Shown: one piece after another, positions 25,597 through 32,000 of the stretch
Layout: every line of letters starts with the position of its first letter
How positions within the stretch are numbered: the stretch's first letter is position 1
Assembly (NCBI GenBank): GCA_947492575.1
Contig: CANLNK010000002.1
Location: 127,304-159,303, forward strand
DNA from: an uncultured Thalassotalea sp.
GTDB lineage: Bacteria > Pseudomonadota > Gammaproteobacteria > Enterobacterales > Alteromonadaceae
Length of the DNA: 32,000 bases
Reading direction: 5' to 3'
The notes under the pieces: model-generated
Databases searched by the model: none
The model's input: only the letters and a program-made list of their open reading frames with translations
What the model was told of the DNA's origin: nothing
Translations under genes and position numbers: made by a program

Positions 25597-27672
25597 TTAT
25601 TCATTAATGATATTTAGACCACTAAGCGACTGCTGGAATGAGGACATGATCCCACTCCATTGCTCACTTCTAGAAATTACTTTTGGTGTCACCAACAGCA
25701 CCAACTCTGTTTTTGAGAAGGAGTCACTCTTCGACTTAAATAAATTCCCTAAAACAGGAATGTCGCCAAGTAATGGGATTTTGTTATCTACGACTGATTT
25801 ATTTTCATCTATCAATCCTCCCAATATTATTGTTTGGCCACTTTCTGCTACTACCGCCGTTGCCAAGTTACGTTCATATATGTTTGGATTTCCTGTACTG
25901 CCTGACGCCGATGACTCGACTTCATTACTGATAGATTCAGTTATATCCATGATGACAACGCCTTGAGCATTGATAGTCGGAGTGACTGAGACCTTAATGC
26001 CAGTTTGACGATAAGAAGTAGATGTGGTCTGCCTATCATTTTCACCAAACCCGTCTGTAACTGAATCTGTTACAGATATTTGCTCACCAACTTCTAAGGT
26101 CGCCGTGACTCCATCTCTAACCAAGAGGCTAGGGTTAGACAAAATTTTAACGTTTGTGTTGCCTTGTGAAAAAGCTGCACTGACGGTATCACTAAAGCCA
26201 TTGGTTAAAGAAAAGCTGAAGCCACCATCAGAGGCACTTACGTCTCCAATTGTCCCTCCACTAAAACGGCCATTTTCGAGAGCCCATTTAACACCGTACT
26301 TGAAGTCATCAGTTAGCGTAACTTCCGCGACCACTATATCAAGCATTACTTGCTTAGGAAGAACGTCTAATCGGTTAACTAAAGGGATGATATTTCTGTA
26401 CTCAGTTCCAGTTGTATAAAATATCAATGCGTTTGAGCGCTCATCTACCACAAACGTCAATTCAGTATTAGAAGCACCGGTCACTTTTTTAGCTTTCACT
26501 AAATTTGACGTGCTTTTTCCATTTGAATCACTAGTACTAACTGCAAGTTGACTGTTAGCGCTTTTAATTGCTTGAGTTCTTGCGGAAATCAGTGGAGTAA
26601 GGCTTTCGCCAATATCTGCTGCTCTTGCATATTTTGGATGATAAACGTAATACCGCTTTACATCACCTTGCGGTGGCTTATCGAGCGTTTTTGTCCAAAA
26701 CTTAACTCGATCCATAAGCTCCTTTGTAGCTGAAAAAACTGCTACTGCACCAATTTGCATTAATGGTACGAAAACCAAGTTATTATTTTGTGGATCATTT
26801 ATGCTATTCGGAATTCCTTCCGTATCTAAAAGTGCTTGTAATTGCTGAAGGTAAATATCAGGAGATGAATACACTAACTTAACTAGCCCTACATATCGCC
26901 CTCTATTTGCCGGAGAATCTAATAATTGAATTAATTCAACAGCTCTTGCTACATTAGTGTAGTTACCACGTATAAACAAAGCACTTTGTTTCACATCTAA
27001 ATTGACTTTAACGTCTGCTAATTCCTGAACAGTGTTTTTAAGTGAGGTTTTAATGCCGTATAAGATAGGCATTACATGAAGTATGCTTCTTCCTCGCTCT
27101 ACTGAACTTACTTCTCGCCCCATACTGACGATAGTTGATGATTTGCTCTTGGGATCAAGCTTGTTAAGCATGAAGGTGTTATTTTCATGTTTAAGCTGAA
27201 TGTTTCTCTGTGCAAAAATTTGTTCTGTCAGCTGGAATAGCTCTTTCTTTGAAACCGCTTTATTCAGGTTTAATGTCACAACTTCTTTGCTATTGGCTAT
27301 GTTAGGCGCAAGCACGTAGTTAGCCTGCAACAGCTCACCAAACGTATAATGAATGAAATCAGCCAAAGGCATTTTGTTTGCTTTGACAGTTGCGACTTCT
27401 TCATCAGGAAACAAGCTTGATAACTGTGTAGACTCAAACTGAACAAGCCCTCTTTTCATTGCTTGTAATCTAGTAAACGGCCTATCTTTACTTTGCTCTT
27501 CGACATCACCAGCTGCATCGCTATCTAATAAAACATCGTCCCCACTTTCCTTTAAATAAGAAGTTTCCAACGAATGAACTTGGTTCTCTGCTTTATCATC
27601 AATACTCGCGCAACCGCTCAAGACTGTTAATAAACAAACTGAAACTAAACTAACTTTAAATTTGACCATCAC
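25597..27672 (-). CDS. gspD: secretin (GspD/MshL-type outer-membrane channel) with N-terminal lipobox
   Basis: 691 aa. The canonical secretin C-domain is present (ILGGLIDENKSVVDNKIPLLGDIPVLGNLFKSKSDSFSKTELVLLVTPKVI), preceded by N-domain-like repeats. The signal peptide ends in the lipobox L-S-G-C (VCLLTVLSGCAS). The track start is GTG and the ATG one codon inside is more likely. Confidence 0.92.
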   Translation of the reverse strand: MMVKFKVSLVSVCLLTVLSGCASIDDKAENQVHSLETSYLKESGDDVLLDSDAAGDVEEQSKDRPFTRLQAMKRGLVQFESTQLSSLFPDEEVATVKANKMPLADFIHYTFGELLQANYVLAPNIANSKEVVTLNLNKAVSKKELFQLTEQIFAQRNIQLKHENNTFMLNKLDPKSKSSTIVSMGREVSSVERGRSILHVMPILYGIKTSLKNTVQELADVKVNLDVKQSALFIRGNYTNVARAVELIQLLDSPANRGRYVGLVKLVYSSPDIYLQQLQALLDTEGIPNSINDPQNNNLVFVPLMQIGAVAVFSATKELMDRVKFWTKTLDKPPQGDVKRYYVYHPKYARAADIGESLTPLISARTQAIKSANSQLAVSTSDSNGKSTSNLVKAKKVTGASNTELTFVVDERSNALIFYTTGTEYRNIIPLVNRLDVLPKQVMLDIVVAEVTLTDDFKYGVKWALENGRFSGGTIGDVSASDGGFSFSLTNGFSDTVSAAFSQGNTNVKILSNPSLLVRDGVTATLEVGEQISVTDSVTDGFGENDRQTTSTSYRQTGIKVSVTPTINAQGVVIMDITESISNEVESSASGSTGNPNIYERNLATAVVAESGQTIILGGLIDENKSVVDNKIPLLGDIPVLGNLFKSKSDSFSKTELVLLVTPKVISRSEQWSGIMSSFQQSLSGLNIINE

Positions 27673-27684
27673 AAAATTCTTATA

Positions 27685-28248
27685 TTAAGACTTACTTTTC
27701 AAAAACAACTGCAGTGAGATTATTCTATCACCATCAGCAAGTTCTATATGATTATTCTCTATTATCTGTACTGTATAATTATCAAGCTTTTCTTGAGTAA
27801 CTAATTTGATTGACTTAATAACGCCAGATACTAAGTGTCTTTCGCTGAGTAAGGCAAACTTATTGCCGTTTTCATCAAAAATAGCGGTAAGTGAATACTC
27901 CTTTTCTCCACTAAAAAAGTTCTTCTTTGCCCCTTTTTGCTTGTTTTGCTCTTCAAGCGACATAATTTGAACTTTGGGTTTTGAAGGTTTGTTCTGTTTA
28001 GCTTTTGGTTTTGGCTTCTCAAATCTTTCAAGTGCTTCGTCTACTTTTTTAAGTTCGTCTTTCATTAGAAATTTGATTTGTGGTTTATTTTGAACACCTT
28101 CAGACACTAATGCAGATAATTTTATTTCATCACTAGTTAATCGTGACGAAAAATCAATCAAAGCAAGTAAAAAGCTCGCGACTAATAATATGGAAAGAGA
28201 AGTTTTATTCACTAGTATTCTCCTCTTTATATTTTCTCCATACTGCAA
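27685..28248 (-). CDS. bitopic secretion-system component, GspC/PilP-like (TM anchor, Lys/Pro linker, small beta domain)
   Basis: It has an N-terminal TM segment (SLSILLVASFLLALI), a basic KPKPKAKQNKPSKPK linker, and a C-terminal ~70-aa beta-rich segment (YSLTAIFDENGNKFALLSE...IELADGDRIISLQL) resembling GspC-HR/PilP domains. It sits directly before the secretin. The likely true start is the GTG at 28212, which has AAGAGGAG 7 nt upstream and overlaps the upstream stop. The track's ATG at 28248 would overlap the upstream gene by 44 nt. Confidence 0.45.
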   Translation of the reverse strand: MQYGENIKRRILVNKTSLSILLVASFLLALIDFSSRLTSDEIKLSALVSEGVQNKPQIKFLMKDELKKVDEALERFEKPKPKAKQNKPSKPKVQIMSLEEQNKQKGAKKNFFSGEKEYSLTAIFDENGNKFALLSERHLVSGVIKSIKLVTQEKLDNYTVQIIENNHIELADGDRIISLQLFLKSKS

Positions 28249-28789
28249 AAGTAATTTTGCCAGACACTCTTCCTAGCCTCATACTTGAGGCCCTCATTCT
28301 CGACACATTCAAAGTGTAGTTAGCTAGTGCAACTTTAGGTTTTAAACTCTCCGCTACCAGCAACCCTTTCATTAGCTGTTTAAAACTGCCAGTTACTGTC
28401 ATCTCCATCATCTGCTCTTCGTAACCACTTTTTTGCACTGGCGTTAACCAGCTAGTTCGAGATACAGATAACCCATGCTTTACAAACAATTCCTCTATCG
28501 CCTCTTGATGCCCTAGTCTAAATTGAACTTCGTCATCTGACGTTGTAAAAAGTAGCGCATCGTACTCTATTACTTCCTGCTCTATAGTGCCTATAGTCGA
28601 TAACATTTTATCTTGGTTTAATAGCAAGCGTTCTGTTTTCAATAGACGCTCCTGCAATTTGGCTATTGAGGCCACTTTACTTTCTTGCCACTCCAAAAGA
28701 GGCGCCACAGCAAATTTAATGGCAGCCAAAAAGAGAATAACGCCGAGCATGAGAGGCTTGTTATTTAGTAGTTCTCTCATCTTAGCCAA
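28205..28789 (-). CDS. bitopic secretion-system component, GspM/PilO/MshJ-like
   Basis: About 190 aa with one N-terminal TM segment (PLMLGVILFLAAIKFAVAPLL), then a coiled segment (IAKLQERLLKTERLLLNQ) and an alpha/beta C-terminal domain. The position between the L-like and C-like genes fits this role. The track start is TTG. The ATG at 28780 (MRELL...), 1 nt after the upstream stop, is more likely. Confidence 0.5.
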   Translation of the reverse strand: MAKMRELLNNKPLMLGVILFLAAIKFAVAPLLEWQESKVASIAKLQERLLKTERLLLNQDKMLSTIGTIEQEVIEYDALLFTTSDDEVQFRLGHQEAIEELFVKHGLSVSRTSWLTPVQKSGYEEQMMEMTVTGSFKQLMKGLLVAESLKPKVALANYTLNVSRMRASSMRLGRVSGKITFAVWRKYKEENTSE

Positions 28790-29891
28790 CCACCAGTGTA
28801 ATTTTCACCGTAAATAATTCCTTTCCACCGGACTTTACAGCTGGAGAAACAATTTCAGGGTTTTCAAGCGCACTAGAAGTCGCCAGGAAATGCATAATAT
28901 CTGTTGATTTAGAGGCTTTCATTCTCAACGTTATGTCGCTTCCTGAAAAATTAACTAGAGATACATCAGCCCCTTTGTCGGCAAGCTCAGTAATTAATAA
29001 CCAAAGGGGAGCACTTAATTGTTCGAATAGTGGATTATTGGCTAACCCTTCTAACTGAGCATTCATATTTTCCAACTGGCCTTGCTTCGCGAAAAGCTCA
29101 TTGATAGAGGATTGCTGCTTCGCTAATTGAGAAGACAGTGTATTCTCCTTCAAAATCAGATAGCCACTTGCTATCGACATGTAAGAAGCAAAGAAAACAG
29201 CTAAAGAGATTGCTGAAGTTTTTATAAAACGAGGTGACCAAAAGCTCTTAAGTAATGGCAGGTTTAAAGCCTGACTATACGAACCGCTTGGCAACAACGT
29301 AACACTTTTTAGCAATAGCATTATGTATTCGCCTTGCTCAAAATTCTGTACCTCTGCGCCGCTCTGAACAGCTGAAAAAAATCCACTTTCTTTCGTACTC
29401 ATTAAGCTCAATAGTTCGCAGCTAAAGCCATCCTTAGAAAACTCCCCATGAATAAGCCGTTCTCGAAAAGAGCCGCTAATTGAATTTGGTACAGTTTGCT
29501 TGTTTAACCTTAAGAACAACAAATAACTTTCAGGAAGAATGAACAATGAATCTCGACATTGTTCATCGATAAAGGTTTGTTTGATAACGAAAAAGTAAAC
29601 TCTAGTTTTGCCACCATCAATAGATGAAGCGGCGGTGTAGATCTGGCCAGCAAAAGGGGCTACATCCTTCATATGCTTAGCGGCAAGTAAGGCCTCTTTC
29701 TTTGAGGAAATCGGTAAGTCTTTATGGGTTTCGAATGTATGTTCTTTACCCACAATAGTAAGTAAGGCTTTAGATTCAGAAACACCTTGTAGGCCTTTAA
29801 CCCCCTTACCTTCTAAGTCTAATACATATGACTCAGCACCGTGAAACCGACAACGGTTCGCCAAAAGTTTTATCATCGCTGACAAGTGCAC
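28782..29891 (-). CDS. GspL-like / PilM-PilN-fusion-like (MshI-like) inner-membrane assembly protein
   Basis: 369 aa. It has a cytoplasmic domain of about 220 aa, a single TM segment (AISLAVFFASYMSIASGYLIL), a coiled segment (QLAKQQSSINELFAKQGQLENMNAQLEGL), and a small periplasmic domain. The GTG start has GAGG 5 nt upstream. Confidence 0.5.
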   Translation of the reverse strand: MHLSAMIKLLANRCRFHGAESYVLDLEGKGVKGLQGVSESKALLTIVGKEHTFETHKDLPISSKKEALLAAKHMKDVAPFAGQIYTAASSIDGGKTRVYFFVIKQTFIDEQCRDSLFILPESYLLFLRLNKQTVPNSISGSFRERLIHGEFSKDGFSCELLSLMSTKESGFFSAVQSGAEVQNFEQGEYIMLLLKSVTLLPSGSYSQALNLPLLKSFWSPRFIKTSAISLAVFFASYMSIASGYLILKENTLSSQLAKQQSSINELFAKQGQLENMNAQLEGLANNPLFEQLSAPLWLLITELADKGADVSLVNFSGSDITLRMKASKSTDIMHFLATSSALENPEIVSPAVKSGGKELFTVKITLVVG

Positions 29892-30010
29892 TTTTCCCTC
29901 AAAATAAACAGCCGAAGGGCATTATCCATAGTTTCTTAAGTTAATACAATCTGGTATTCGCTTGAATGTGTTGCAAATAATTTAGGTTAAGTAATTATCC
30001 CATCCATTTT

Positions 30011-30886
30011 TTACATTCGAGAGAGGATAACAAATGGCGTCACCGAATTTTGATTTTGGATTTTTACTAAAGTAACTTGCTCCAGGAATACTGTACCAAC
30101 GCTTACTTTTATAATCACTTGATGAAGCGTACCAGGGTTAAAGTCTATTGATTCAAACGTCTGGCCACCAACAAGCTTCGTCCAGTCCTGTTCGGTAAAG
30201 CTGTTGCCGCTGTTGCTATTTACAACAAGTGCTTCTGCCACACTTTCCCCAAACAAAGCAGTATTTAACTCTTTTGAAGAGTAGGCAGGGTTGAATGACT
30301 GCGTTGCATAAATTGTGACAAATTGGCTAAATTTTTGAACGACACTGTCACTCACTCCTTTGATGGCGGCAAGCTCGCTAATATGCTGCAAAGGCCCATT
30401 CCTTGGCTTAGTATTGCCCGAGTATGAAGCCAACTCTGCTCCTTGTCGCCTTGTAACATTATCAGCATCTATCCAATCCATAATGCTATCATATGTAGCA
30501 GTCAACTCATCTTCTTGGACACCGCTGAGTAGCAAAGCTCTCTTAATATAGAGTTCGGGTGCTGTTAATAATGAAAGTCGACCGGATAAAGGGTTAATTT
30601 CAACGATGGTGTAGTCATTTAGCTTAAAAGCCTTAGCTAAATACCAATTGACCTCGTTAATGTTCATACCATTAATCTGATGAGAATCCATTCTAAAAAG
30701 CTCTGCTAATACATTCGACTCTGCTGATTTTAAAAGTAACTCAGCTTGGGCTCGATCATCAAATCCCTGTGCGATCCCAACATTACTTCGTGCCGTTTTA
30801 GATATTTGGATGGCGATAACCGATATCAGAGTTGTTAGCAACAGCACCTGGATAAGAGCTAGCCCGTCCTCTTTAAAAACTTTCAC
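30011..30886 (-). CDS. gspK: GspK-like minor pseudopilin
   Basis: 291 aa. The hydrophobic N-terminus GLALIQVLLLTTLISVIAIQ, the central IMDWIDADNVTRRQGAELASY and ISELAAIKGVS match the conserved GspK blocks (DW-x-D-x-D ... GAE ... EL-x-x-[VI]-x-G[VI]). The GTG start overlaps the end of the upstream gene. Confidence 0.7.
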   Translation of the reverse strand: MKVFKEDGLALIQVLLLTTLISVIAIQISKTARSNVGIAQGFDDRAQAELLLKSAESNVLAELFRMDSHQINGMNINEVNWYLAKAFKLNDYTIVEINPLSGRLSLLTAPELYIKRALLLSGVQEDELTATYDSIMDWIDADNVTRRQGAELASYSGNTKPRNGPLQHISELAAIKGVSDSVVQKFSQFVTIYATQSFNPAYSSKELNTALFGESVAEALVVNSNSGNSFTEQDWTKLVGGQTFESIDFNPGTLHQVIIKVSVGTVFLEQVTLVKIQNQNSVTPFVILSRM

Positions 30887-31541
30887 TAAATTGCACCATC
30901 ACTCGAGAATCAAATTCGGTTAATTTGACTTGGAGATTTTGTTCTTTACCTGACAGGCCTAATTTCACGCTCAACCGTTCGGGCATTATATTTCGATTTA
31001 GGGCATTGAAAGATGTCCACCAACGCTTGGGGCTAACGTTATTCTTTTCATCAATGTTTTCAAAACCAAAATAGCTGAACTGAACGTAATCAAGTTGTTC
31101 AATTAAAACCACTTTTTTTGAAAAAGTTCTGCGTTGAGACAAGTGTGTAAAAGCCTCACCTACTTTTGCAGGGTGTTCCTCATAAATCAATTGATAACTA
31201 AAGTCTTCCGCTTGATTGATAGAAAGGCGAAAGATTGTCGGTAAGCCACCACTAAAGAGTGAGCGCGTACTTACAGCCACTAGACCTTCATCATCGCCCT
31301 CAAAGAAAATGATAGGGTTATTTTCTTCATCCCTGATAATGAAGGGGTAAATACCTTCTATCAAACGCTTAGCCATAATCAGAGATTTTGTATTTTTAGC
31401 AGAGGCGTCAAAATTTCCCAACTCATTACCCCATCGTTGCATAAAAAAAGAGTATCCTTGAGTCATTATGATTAATGTAAAACTCATAATCGCTAACGCT
31501 ACTAGCAGCTCTACCAAAGAGAAACCTCTGTTTCTTACCAT
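30873..31541 (-). CDS. gspJ: GspJ-like minor pseudopilin (prepilin-type N-terminal cleavage/methylation domain)
   Basis: 222 aa. Its N-terminus MVRNRGFSLVELLVALAIMSF is a class III signal (G|F-S-L-V-E). Size and position before the K-like gene fit GspJ. Its ATG overlaps the upstream stop (ATGGTAA). Confidence 0.7.
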   Translation of the reverse strand: MVRNRGFSLVELLVALAIMSFTLIIMTQGYSFFMQRWGNELGNFDASAKNTKSLIMAKRLIEGIYPFIIRDEENNPIIFFEGDDEGLVAVSTRSLFSGGLPTIFRLSINQAEDFSYQLIYEEHPAKVGEAFTHLSQRRTFSKKVVLIEQLDYVQFSYFGFENIDEKNNVSPKRWWTSFNALNRNIMPERLSVKLGLSGKEQNLQVKLTEFDSRVMVQFSESF

Positions 31542-31954
31542 GAGATATCCTCATATTGGTATTCTCTAGAGCGTCCCTTTACTGTTACGCTAAAAGAAAC
31601 TTGCCATTTCTTCAGCCTATGTTCTGCTTGACTTATCTCAGCACCAACAAATCTTACCGGAGGCTTTATAGTCTCTATAACACGAGCTTCCCAGAAATAC
31701 GTCCCTTCGAGTAATTCGCCTTTTCCTGATAAAGAGTTTTGAGCTTTATTTGACGCGATTTCGCTTGAGATCTCACTTGTTACTAACGTAGCAATGGAAG
31801 AGGTTAAAAGTGCACTTTCCGCTTTTGTGTTTGCGATAATGGCACCACGGAAAACAAGTGTAAATACACTTAAACTTATGAATGCAATGAGAGCCGCGAC
31901 AAGCACCTCTATTAGCGTAAAGCCAGATGAGTTTTTTCTATTGTACGTAATCAT
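31535..31954 (-). CDS. gspI: GspI-like (or small GspH-like) minor pseudopilin
   Basis: 139 aa. NSSGFTLIEVLVAALIAFISL is a prepilin cleavage/methylation motif (G|F-T-L-I-E). Size and position fit GspI. Confidence 0.65.
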   Translation of the reverse strand: MITYNRKNSSGFTLIEVLVAALIAFISLSVFTLVFRGAIIANTKAESALLTSSIATLVTSEISSEIASNKAQNSLSGKGELLEGTYFWEARVIETIKPPVRFVGAEISQAEHRLKKWQVSFSVTVKGRSREYQYEDISW

Positions 31955-32000
31955 CTAACACTACTTTAGTAAATTTATCTTGATAGCTTATTGTGAAGTG
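31938..32000 (-). CDS. 3' end of an upstream ORF (last 20 codons), probably another pseudopilin gene
   Basis: Not in the track. Hand translation of the minus strand from base 32000 gives HFTISYQDKFTKVVLDDYVQ followed by TAG at 31940..31938, overlapping the next gene's start by 17 nt. The identity is inferred from operon context only. Confidence 0.25.
   Translation of the reverse strand, partial: HFTISYQDKFTKVVLDDYVQ

Noticed and set aside
2354-30551. All the short nested or antisense ORFs in the track (2354..2674, 3803..4048, 6004..6210, 6222..6425, 7369..7605, 8619..8831, 10152..10454, 10869..11108, 11766..11981, 15427..15711, 16229..16546, 16652..16858, 18768..18995, 21667..21927, 22468..22653, 23309..23497, 23949..24134, 24447..24635, 25092..25316, 25607..25966, 26024..26419, 26548..26733, 27831..28031, 28587..28817, 30360..30551)
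   Set aside because: Each lies wholly or largely inside a longer, motif-supported minus-strand gene. Their translations are Ser/Pro/Cys/Leu-rich, as expected for alternative-frame shadows, and none has a recognisable motif or an evident RBS. I did not try to exclude real overlapping genes experimentally, and this cannot be done from sequence alone.
27685-31954. The secretion genes read as a type IV pilus (PilMNOPQ plus minor pilins) or MSHA pilus operon rather than a T2SS
   Set aside because: This is not fully rejected. I favour a T2SS-like machine for three reasons: the GspK-type signature (DWIDADN...GAE), the I/J/K size series, and the adjacent Sec-dependent cargo gene. The L-like protein could still be a PilM-PilN fusion, and the upstream genes (outside the window) are needed to decide.
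1-32000. Search for CRISPR repeats, tRNA/rRNA genes, IS elements, transposases, integrases, toxin-antitoxin pairs or phage genes
   Set aside because: I could see no direct-repeat/spacer periodicity, no cloverleaf-like or rRNA-like segments in the short intergenic regions, and no ORF with recombinase or transposase motifs. The accessory nature of the region is therefore suggested only by its content (surface glycan and surface protein), not by mobility genes.

Overview
AT-rich window that looks like a marine gammaproteobacterium (taxonomy is inference only). Every credible gene lies on the minus strand: 24 complete ORFs plus 2 edge fragments that I translated by hand. In transcription order (32000 -> 1) the window contains five blocks. 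(1) The distal part of a type II secretion-like operon: GspI/J/K-like pseudopilins with G-F-[ST]-L-[IV]-E prepilin motifs, GspL/M/C-like bitopic assembly proteins, and a secretin with a lipobox. (2) After a 386-bp AT-rich leader, a stand-alone gene with strong codon bias and a terminator. It encodes a 431-aa Cys-free, very acidic, Thr/Val/Ala/Asp/Gly-rich protein with a Sec signal peptide. I read it as a candidate S-layer or abundant surface protein. (3) A translationally coupled operon: polytopic GT-C-like membrane protein with C-terminal TPRs, DegT-type sugar aminotransferase, sugar N-formyltransferase, GT56 (WecF-like) transferase, and Wzx flippase. (4) The wzm-wzt ABC exporter followed by rmlA-rmlC-rmlD-rmlB. 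(5) A 1386-aa protein (sulfotransferase-like domain, ~270-residue proline-free coiled coil, ~800 aa of unassigned sequence), two large putative GT-B transferases, an SDR epimerase with a Cys4 insertion, SGNH and GSCFA proteins, a second sulfotransferase and a SAM methyltransferase. I saw no rRNA, tRNA, CRISPR array, IS element, transposase or integrase. Main hypothesis: the window is one co-oriented surface-layer biogenesis island, made of a dedicated T2SS-like exporter, its probable substrate, and a two-route (Wzx plus ABC) factory for a rhamnose/4-formamido-sugar glycan that is probably sulfated and methylated. That glycan either decorates the protein or anchors it. Family-level calls rest on motifs read by eye. 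No database search, structure prediction or statistics were run.
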